This document shows, piece after piece, positions 54,955-64,000 of a stretch of DNA of 64,000 bases (positions are counted from its first letter, which is position 1; the number at the start of each line of letters is the position of its first letter). The notes below the pieces were generated by a model. It worked only from the letters and a program-made list of their open reading frames with translations. It was not told where the DNA came from and did no database searches. Origin of the DNA: Eledone cirrhosa (lineage: Eukaryota). The DNA lies in the NCBI GenBank assembly GCA_964016885.1, contig OZ024741.1, forward strand, positions 259,904,001 to 259,968,000, in the 5' to 3' direction. The position numbers and the translations under genes are program-made.

Positions 54955-57900
54955 CACTCGTAAGTCGAAACACTCGTAAGTCGAAACACTCGTAAGCCGA
55001 AACACTCGTAAGCCGAAACACTCGTAAGTCGGAACACTCGTAAGTCGGAACACTCGTAAGTCAGAACACTCGTAAGTCAGAACACTCATAAGTCAGAACA
55101 CTCGTAAGTCAGAACACTCGTAAGTCGAAACACTCGTATCGAAACACTCGTATGTCAAAACACCCGTAAGTCAAAACACTCGTAAGTCGAAACACTCGTA
55201 AGTCGAAACATTCGTAAGTCGAAACATCCGTAAATCAGAACACTCGTAAGTCGAAACACTCGTAAGTCGAAACACTCGTAAGCCGAAACACTCGTAAGTC
55301 GAAGCACTCGTATCGAAACACTCGTAAGTCGAAACACCCTTAAGTCAAAACACTCGTAAGCCAAAACTCTCGTAAGTCGAAACACTCGTAAGTCGGAACA
55401 CTCGTAAGTCAGAACACTCGTAAGTCAGAACACTCGTAAGTGGAAACACGCGTAAGTCGAAACACTCATAAGTCGAAACACTCGTAAGTCGAAACACCCG
55501 TAAGTCGAAACACCCGTAAGTCGAAACACTCGTATGTCGAATAACTCGTAAGCCGAAACACCGTAAGTCAAAACACTCGTAAGTCGAAACACTCGTAAGT
55601 CGAAACACCCATAAGCCGAAACACTCGTAAGCCAAAACATTCGTAAGTCGAAACACTCGTAAACCGAAACACTCGTAAGCCAAAACATTCGTAAGTCGAA
55701 ACACTCGTAAGTCGAAACACCCATAGCCGAAACACTCGTAAGTCTGAACACACGTAAGTCAGAACAGCCGTAAGTCAGAACACTCGTAAGTCAGAACACT
55801 CGTAAGTCAGAACACTCGTAAGTCAGAGCACTCGTATCGAAACACTCGTATGTCAAAACACCCGTAAGTCAAAACACTCGTAAGTCGAAACACTCGTAAG
55901 TCGAAACACTCGTATGTCGAAACATCCGTAAATCAGAACACTCGTAAGTCGAAACACTCGTAAGTCGAAACACTCGTAAGCCGAAACACTCGTAAGTCGA
56001 AGCACTCGTATCGAAACACTCGTAAGTCGAAACACCCTTAAGTCAAAACACTCGTAAGCCAAAACACTCGTAAGTCGAAACACTCGTAAGTCGGAACACT
56101 CGTAAGTCAGAACACTCGTAAGTCAGAACACTCGTAAGTGGAAACACGCGTAAGTCGAAAGACCCGTAAGTCAAAAATCTCGTAAGTCAAAACACTCGTA
56201 AGCCGAAACACTCGTAAGTCGAAACACTCGTAAGTCGAAACACCCGTAAGTCGGAACACTCGTAAGTCAGAATACTCGTAAGTCAAAACACTCGTAAACC
56301 GGAACACCCGTAAGGCAAAACATTCGCATGTCAAAACACTCGTAAGTCGAAACACTCGTAAGCCGAAACACTCGTAAGTCGAAACACTCGTAAGTCGAAA
56401 CACTCGTAAGTCGAAACACTCGTAAGTCAGTGCACCCGTAAGTCAGAACACTCGTAGTCAGAATACTCGTAAGTCGAAACACTCGTATGTCGAAACACCC
56501 GTAAGTCGAAACATCCGTAAGTCAAAACACTCGTATGTCGAAACACTCGTAAGCCGAAACACTCATAAGTCGAAACACTCGTAAGCCGAAACACCCGTAA
56601 GTCAAAACATTCGTAAGTCAAAACACTCGTAAGTCGAAACACCCGTAAGTCAAAACACTCGTATGTCGAAACACTCGTAAGCCGAAACAACGTAAGTAAA
56701 AACACTCGTAAGTCGAAACACCCATAAGTCGAAACACTCGTAAGCCGAAACACTCGTAAGTCGAAACACTCATAAGCCGAAACACTCGTAAGTCGGAACA
56801 CTCGTAAATCAGAACACCCGCAAGTCAGAACACTCGTAAATCAGAACACTCTTAAGTCGAAACTCACGTACGCTGAAACACTCGTAAGTCGAAACACTCG
56901 TAAGTCGAAACATCCTTAAGTCGAAACACTCGTACACCGAAACACTCGTAAGTATAAACATTAGTAAGTCGAAACACTCGTAAGCCGAAACACTCGTAAG
57001 TCGAAACACCCGTAAATCGAAACACCCGTAAGTCAAAACACTCGTATGTCGAAACACTCGTAAACCGAAACACTCGTAAGTCGGAACACTCGTAAGTCAG
57101 AACACTCGTAAGTCAGAACACTCGTAAGTCGAAACACTCATAAGTCGAAACACTCGTAAGTCGAAACACCCGTAAGTCGAAACCCCCGTAAGTCGAAACA
57201 CTCGTATGTCGAATAACTCGTAAGCTGAAACACCGTAAGTCAAAACACTCGTAAGTCAAAACACTCGTAAGTCGAAACACCCATAAGCCGAAACACTCGT
57301 AAGCCAAAACATTCGTAAGTCGAAACACTCGTAAACCGAAACACTCGTAAGCCAAAACATTCGTAAGTCGAAACACTCGTAAGTCGAAACACCCATAGCC
57401 GAAACACTCGTAAGTCGGAACACACGTAAGTCAGAACACCCGTAAGTCAGAACACTCGTAAGTCAGAACACTCGTAAGTCAGAGCACTCGTATCGAAACA
57501 CTCGTATGTCAAAACACCCGTAAGTCAAAACACTCGTAAGTCGAAACACTCGTAAGCCGAAACACCGTAAGCCAAAACACTCGTAAGTCGAAACACCCGT
57601 AAGTCGGAACACTCGTAAGTCGAAACACTCGTAAGTCGAAACACTCGTAAGCCGAAACACTCGTAAGCCGAAACACTCGTAAGTCGGAACACTCGTAAGT
57701 CGGAACACTCGTAAGTCAGAACACTCGTAAGTCAGAACACTCGTAAGTCAGAACACTCGTAAGTCAGAATACTCGTAAGTCGAAACACCCGTAAGTCGAA
57801 ACACCCGTAAGTCGAAACACTCGTATGTCGAATAACTCGTAAGCCGAAACACCGTAAGTCAAAACACTCGTAAGTCGAAACACTCGTAAGTCGAAACACC

Positions 57901-60545
57901 CATAAGCCGAAACACTCGTAAGCCAAAACATTCGTAAGTCGAAACACTCGTAAACCGAAACACTCGTAAGCCAAAACATTCGTAAGTCGAAACACTCGTA
58001 AGTCGAAACACCCATAGCCGAAACACTTGTAAGTCTGAACACACGTAAGTCAGAACACCCGTAAGTCAGAACACTCGTAAGTCAGAACACTCGTAAGTCA
58101 GAACACTCGTAAGTCAGAGCACTCGTATCGAAACACTCGTATGTCAAAACACCCGTAAGTCAAAACACTCGTAAGTCGAAACACTCGTAAGCCGAAACAC
58201 CGTAAGCCAAAACACTCGTAAGTCGAAACACCCGTAAGTCGGAACACTCGTAAGTCGAAACACTCGTAAGTCGAAACACTCGTAAGCCGAAACACTCGTA
58301 AGCCGAAACACTCGTAAGTCGGAACACTCGTAAGTCGGAACACTCGTAAGTCAGAACACTCGTAAGTCAGAACACTCGTAAGTCAGAACACTCGTAAGTC
58401 AGAACACTCGTAAGTCGAAACACTCGTATCGAAACACTCGTATGTCAAAACACCAGTAAGTCGAAACACTCGTATCGAAACACTCGTATGTCAAAACACC
58501 AGTAAGTCAAAACACTCGTAAGTCGAAACACTCGTAAGCCGAAACACCGTAAGTCGAAACACCCGTATGTCGAAACACTCGTAAGCCGAAACACTCGTAA
58601 GTCGAAACACTCGTAGTCGAAACACTCGTAAGTCGAAACACCCGTAAGTCGAAACACTCGTAAGTCGAAACACTCGTAAGCCGAAACACTCGTAAGTCGA
58701 AACACTCATAAGCCGAAACACTCGTAAGTCGAAACACTCGTAAGTCAGAACACTCGTAGTCAGAACACTCGTAAGTCAAACCACTCGTAAGCCGAAACAC
58801 TCGTAAGTCGAAACACTCGTAAGTCGAAACACTCGTAAGTCGAAAAACTCGTAAGCCGGAACACTCGTAAGTCAGAACACTCGTAAGTCAGAACACTCGT
58901 AAGTCGAAACACTCGTAAGCCGAAACACCCGTAAGTCGAAACATTCGTAAGTCGAAACACCCGTAAGTCGAAACACTCGTAAGTCGAAACACTCGTAAGT
59001 CGAAACACCGTAAGTCAAAACACTCGTATGTCGAAACATCCGTAAATCAGAACACTCCTAAGTCAAAACACTCGTAAGTCGAAACACTCGTAAGTCAAAA
59101 ATACTCGTAAGTCGAAACACCCTTAAGTAAAAACACTCGTAAGTCGAAACACTCGTAAGCCGAAACACCCGTCAGTTAAAACACCCGTAAGTCGAAACAC
59201 TCGTAAGTCAAAACTCTCGTACGCCGAAACACTCGTAAGTAAAAACATTAGTAAGTCGAAACACTCGTAAGCCGAAACACTCATAAGTCGAAACACTCGT
59301 AAGCCGAAACACCCGTAAGTCAAAACATTCGTAAGTCAAAACACTCGTAAGTCGAAACACCCGTAAGTCGAAACACTCGTATGTCGAAACACTCGTAAGC
59401 CGAAACACCGTAAGTAAAAACACTCGTAAGTCGAAACACCCACAAGTCGAAACACTCGTAAGCCGAAACACTCGTAAGTCGAAACACTCATAAGCCGAAA
59501 CACTCGTAAGTCGGAACACTCGTAAATCAGAACACCCGCAAGTCAGAACACTCGTATCGAAACACTCGTATGTCAAAACACCCGTAAGTCAAAACACTCG
59601 TAAGTCGAAACACTCGTAAGCCGAAACACCGTAAGTAAAAAAACTCGTAAGTCGAAATACTCGTAAGTCGAAACACTCGTAAGCCGAAACAATCGTAATT
59701 CAAAACACTCGTAAGTCGAAACACTCGTAAGCCGAAACAATCGTAAGTCGAAACACTCGTAAGCCGAAAATACTCGTAAGTCGGAACACCCGTAAGCCGA
59801 AACACTCGTATGTCGAAACACTCGTAAGCCGAAACAACATAAGTAAAAACACTCGTAAGTCGAAACACCCATAAGTCGAAACACTCGTAAGCCGAAACAC
59901 TCGTAAGTCGAAACACTCATAAGCCGAAACACTCGTAAGTCGGAACACTCGTAAATCAGAACACCCGCAAGTCAGAACACTCGTAAATCAGAACACTCTT
60001 AAGTCGAAACTCACGTACGCCGAAACACTCGTAAGTCGAAACACTCGTAAGTCGAAACATCCTTAAGTCGAAACACTCGTACACCGAAACACTCGTAAGT
60101 ATAAACATTAGTAAGTCGAAACACTCGTATGTCGAAACACTCGTAAACCGAAACACTCGTAAGTCGGAACACTCGTAAGTCAGAACACTCGTAAGTCAGA
60201 ACACTCGTAATTCGAAACACTCATAAGTCGAAACACTCGTAAGTCGAAACACCCGTAAGTCGAAACACCCGTAAGTCGAAACACTCGTATGTCGAATAAC
60301 TCGTAAGCCGAAACACTGTAAGTCAAAACACTCGTAAGTCGAAACACTCGTAAGTCGAAACACCCATAAGCCGAAACATTCGTAAGCCAAAACATTCGTA
60401 AGTCGAAACACTCGTAAACCGAAACACTCGTAAGCCAAAACATTCGTAAGTCGAAACACTCGTAAGTCGAAACACCCATAGACGAAACACTTGTAAGTCT
60501 GAACACACGTAAGTCAGAACACCCGTAAGTCAGAACACTCGTAAG
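54955..60545. repeat. Dispersed near-identical copy of about 23400-28990 (offset 31,555 bp)
   Basis: ORF pairs 23790/55345, 24298/55853, 25254/56809, 25558/57113, 26890/58445, 27568/59123 and 28625/60180 all differ by exactly 31,555. Confidence 0.93.
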
Positions 60546-63500
60546 TCAGAACACTCGTAAGTCAGAGCACTCGTATCGAAACACTCGTATGTCAAAACAC
60601 CCGTAAGTCAAAACACTCGTAAGTCAGAACACTCGTAAGTCGAAACACTCGTAAGTCGAAACACCCGTAAGTCGAAACGCCCGTAAGTCAAAACACTCGT
60701 ATGTCGAAACACTCGCAAGCCGAAAAACCGTAAGTCAAAACACTCGTAAGTCGAAACACTCGTAAATCGAAACACTCGTAAGCCGAAACACTCGTAAGCG
60801 AAAACATTCGTTAGTCGAAACACTCGTAACCCGAAACACTCGTAAGTCGAAACACTCGAAAGCCGAAACACTCGTAAGTCGAAACACTCATAAGCCGAAA
60901 CACTCGTAAGTCGGAACACTCGTAAGTCAGAACACCCGTAAATCAGAACACTCGTAGTCAGAACACTCGTAAGTCGAAACACTCGTAAGCCGAAACACTC
61001 GCAAGTCGAAGCACTCGTAATCCGAAACACTCTTAAGTCGAAACACTCGTAAGTCGGAACACTCGTAAGTCAGAACACTCGTAAGTCAGAACACTCGTAA
61101 GTCGAAACACTCGTAAGCCGAAACATCCGTAAGTCAAAACATCCGTAAGTCAAAACATTCGTAAGTCGAAACACCCGTAGTCGAAACACTCGCAAGTCGA
61201 AACACTCGTAAGTCGAAACACGCGTAAGTCGAAACACATGTAAGTCAAAACACTCGTAAGTCAAAACACTCGTAAGCCGAAACACTCGTAAGTCGAAACA
61301 CTCGTAAGTCGAAACACTCGTAAAGCGAAACGTATCAATAAAGATTAATGTAATGAATTTGAAAAGCATAGAGATTTGAAACCGCGTCTATTTGTTATTT
61401 TCGTAAGTCGAAACACTCGTAAGCCGAAACACTCGTGAGCCGAAACACTCGTAAGTCGGAACACTCGTAAGTCAGAACACTCGTAAGTCAGAACACTCGT
61501 AAGTTAGAACACTCGTAAGTCAGAACACTCGTAAGTCAGAACACTCGTAAGTCAAAACACTCGTATCGAAACACTCGTATGTCAAAACACCCGTAAGTCA
61601 AAACACTCGTAAGTCGAAACACTCGTAAGTCGAAACACTCGTAAGCCGAAACACTCGAAAGCCGAAACACTCGTAAGTCGGAACACTCGTAAGTCGGAAC
61701 ACTCGTAAGTCAGAACACTCGTAAGTCAGAACACTCGTAAGTCAGAACACTCGTAAGTCAGAACACTCGTAAGTCGAAACACTCGTATCGAAACACTCGT
61801 ATGTCAAAACACCCGTAAGTCAAAACACTCGTAAGTCGAAACACTTGTAAGTCGAAACACTCGTATGTCGAAACATCCGTAAATCAGAACACTCGTAAGT
61901 CGAAACACTCGTAAGTCGAAACACTCGTAAGCCGAAACACTCGTAAGTCGAAGCACTCGTATCGAAACACTCGTAAGTCGAAACACCCTTAAGTCAAAAC
62001 ACTCGTAAGCCAAAACACTCGTAAGTCGAAACACTCGTAAGTCGGAACACTCGTAAGTCAGAACACTCGTAAGTCAGAACACTCGTAAGTGGAAACACGC
62101 GTAAGTCGAAAGACCCGTAAGTCAAAAATCTCGTAAATCAAAACACTCGTAAGCCGAAACACTCGTAACTCGAAACACTCGTAAGTCGAAACACTCGTAA
62201 GTCGAAACATTCGTAAAGCGAAACGTATAAATAAAGATTAATGTAATGAACTTGAAAAGCATAGATATTTGAAACCGCGTCTATTTGTTATTTTCGTAAG
62301 TCGAAACACTCGTAAGTCAGAACACTCGTAAGTCAGAAAACTCTTAAGTCAGAACACTCGTATCGAAACACGTATGTCAAAACACCCGTAAGTCAAAACA
62401 CTCGTAAGTCGAAACACTCGTAAGTCGAAACACTCGTAAGCCGAAACAATCGTAAGTCAAAACACTCGTAAGTCGAAACACTCGTAAGCCGAAAATACTC
62501 GTAAGTCGGAACACCCGTAAGCCGAAACCCTCGTAGGTCGGAACACTCGTAAGTCAAAACACTCGTAAGTCGAAACACCCGTAAGTCGAAACACTCGTAA
62601 GTCGAAACACCCGTAAGTCGAAACATCCGTAAGTCAAAACACTCGTATGTCGATATACTCGTAAGCCGAAACACTCGTAAGTCAGAACACTCGTAAGTCA
62701 GAACACTCGTAAGTCGAAACACTCATAAGTCGAAACACTCGTAAGTCGAAACACCCGTAAGTCGAAACACCCGTAAGTCGAAACACTCGTATGTCGAATA
62801 ACTCGTAAGCCGAAACACCGTAAGTCAAAACACTCGTAAGTCGAAACACTCGTAAGTCGAAACACCCATAAGCCGAAACATTCGTAAGCCAAAACATTCG
62901 TAAGTCGAAACACTCGTAAACCGAAACACTCGTAAGCCAAAACATTCGTAAGTCGAAACACTCGTAAGTCGAAACACCCATAGCCGAAACACTTGTAAGT
63001 CTGAACACACGTAAGTCAGAACACCCGTAAGTCAGAACACTCGTAAGTCAGAACACTCGTAAGTCAGAACACTCGTAAGTCAGAGCACTCGTATCGAAAC
63101 ACTCGTATGTCAAAACACCCGTAAGCCAAAACACTCGTAAGTCGAAACACCCGTAAGTCGGAACACTCGTAAGTCGAAACACTCGTAAGTCGAAACACTC
63201 GTAAGCCGAAACACTCGTAAGCCGAAACACTCGTAAGTCGGAACACTCGTAAGTCGGAACACTCGTAAGTCAGAACACTCGTAAGTCAGAACACTCATAA
63301 GTCAGAACACTCGTAAGTCAGAACACTCGTAAGTCGAAACACTCGTATCGAAACACTCGTATGTCAAAACACCCGTAAGTCAAAACACTCGTAAGTCGAA
63401 ACACTCGTAAGTCGAAACATTCGTAAGTCGAAACATCCGTAAATCAGAACACTCGTAAGTCGAAACACTCGTAAGTCGAAACACTCGTAAGCCGAAACAC

Positions 63501-64000
63501 TCGTAAGTCGAAGCACTCGTATCGAAACACTCGTAAGTCGAAACACCCTTAAGTCAAAACACTCGTAAGCCAAAACTCTCGTAAGTCGAAACACTCGTAA
63601 GTCGGAACACTCGTAAGTCAGAACACTCGTAAGTCAGAACACTCGTAAGTGGAAACACGCGTAAGTCGAAACACTCATAAGTCGAAACACTCGTAAGTCG
63701 AAACACCCGTAAGTCGAAACACCCGTAAGTCGAAACACTCGTATGTCGAATAACTCGTAAGCCGAAACACCGTAAGTCAAAACACTCGTAAGTCGAAACA
63801 CTCGTAAGTCGAAACACCCATAAGCCGAAACACTCGTAAGCCAAAACATTCGTAAGTCGAAACACTCGTAAACCGAAACACTCGTAAGCCAAAACATTCG
63901 TAAGTCGAAACACTCGTAAGTCGAAACACCCATAGCCGAAACACTCGTAAGTCTGAACACACGTAAGTCAGAACAGCCGTAAGTCAGAACACTCGTAAGT

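Larger units (their letters stand above)
1..64000. repeat. 16-bp tandem satellite array, consensus GTCGAAACACTCGTAA, about 3,800 monomers, extending past both window edges
   Basis: The monomer is directly visible from base 1 to 64000, head-to-tail, with no inversion seen. Common variants are GTCAGAACACTCGTAA, GCCGAAACACTCGTAA, GTCAAAACACTCGTAA, GTCGGAACACTCGTAA and GTCGAAACACCCGTAA. Copy number is estimated as (64000 - 32x83)/16. Confidence 0.99.
52405..64000. repeat. Tandem block duplication, unit 8,209 bp (about 52405-60613; second copy from about 60614, truncated by the window end)
   Basis: ORF pairs 52399/60608, 52861/61070, 53595/61804, 54184/62393, 55155/63364 and 55568/63777 all differ by 8,209. 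Private variants GTATCAATAAAG, ACACTTGTAAGTCG and GTCAGAAAACTCTT are shared. Confidence 0.95.

Noticed and set aside
323-63962. Hundreds of minus-strand ORFs as protein-coding genes
   Set aside because: All are permutations of LRVFRLTSVSTYECFD, overlap in all three frames, mostly start at GTG or TTG inside the monomer, and have no recognisable domain. They follow automatically from a stop-free 16-mer.
1-64000. CRISPR array
   Set aside because: The repeats abut directly with no unique spacers, the unit is 16 bp, the only intervening sequence is the same 83-mer each time, and no cas genes are present.
1-64000. Telomerase-synthesised telomere tract
   Set aside because: There are no G-runs, and variants are inherited in multi-kb duplicated blocks with an embedded spacer, which points to recombination-based amplification. 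A subtelomeric location or recombination-maintained chromosome end is not excluded.
1-64000. Pure sequencing, MDA or rolling-circle concatemer artefact
   Set aside because: There are several different periods, hierarchically shared variants, allele-linked flanks and no inversions, which is not what one circular template would give. Local misassembly of individual blocks remains possible.
1-64000. Intrinsically curved A-tract DNA
   Set aside because: A-tracts are only 3-4 nt and recur every 16 bp (about 1.5 helical turns), so successive bends would oppose each other rather than add.

Overview
The whole 64-kb window is one uninterrupted, single-orientation tandem array of a 16-bp monomer, consensus GTCGAAACACTCGTAA (minus strand TTACGAGTGTTTCGAC; 7/16 GC; roughly 3,800 copies). 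I found no credible protein-coding gene, RNA gene, transposase or CRISPR array. Every ORF in the track is a translation of the repeat: the minus-strand consensus has no stop in any frame and reads LRVFRLTSVSTYECFD. The array is not homogeneous and has at least four levels of organisation. (1) A small alphabet of monomer variants (GTCGAA, GCCGAA, GTCGGA, GTCAGA, GTCAAA starts) occurs in a stereotyped order. (2) A conserved 83-bp AT-rich spacer, the only non-monomer sequence, is present in 32 copies and two main alleles. (3) There is a 2,074/2,058-bp higher-order repeat plus near-identical block duplications at offsets of 1,623, 2,036, 3,269, about 4,340-4,430, about 4,900, 7,790 and 8,209 bp. 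(4) A 31.5-34.5-kb macro-period alternates spacer-rich and spacer-free domains. This looks most like a eukaryotic (peri)centromeric or subtelomeric satellite undergoing recent amplification. I do not recognise the family or the organism, and function cannot be established from sequence alone. Counts and boundaries were read by eye and from ORF-track offsets, so block edges are approximate.
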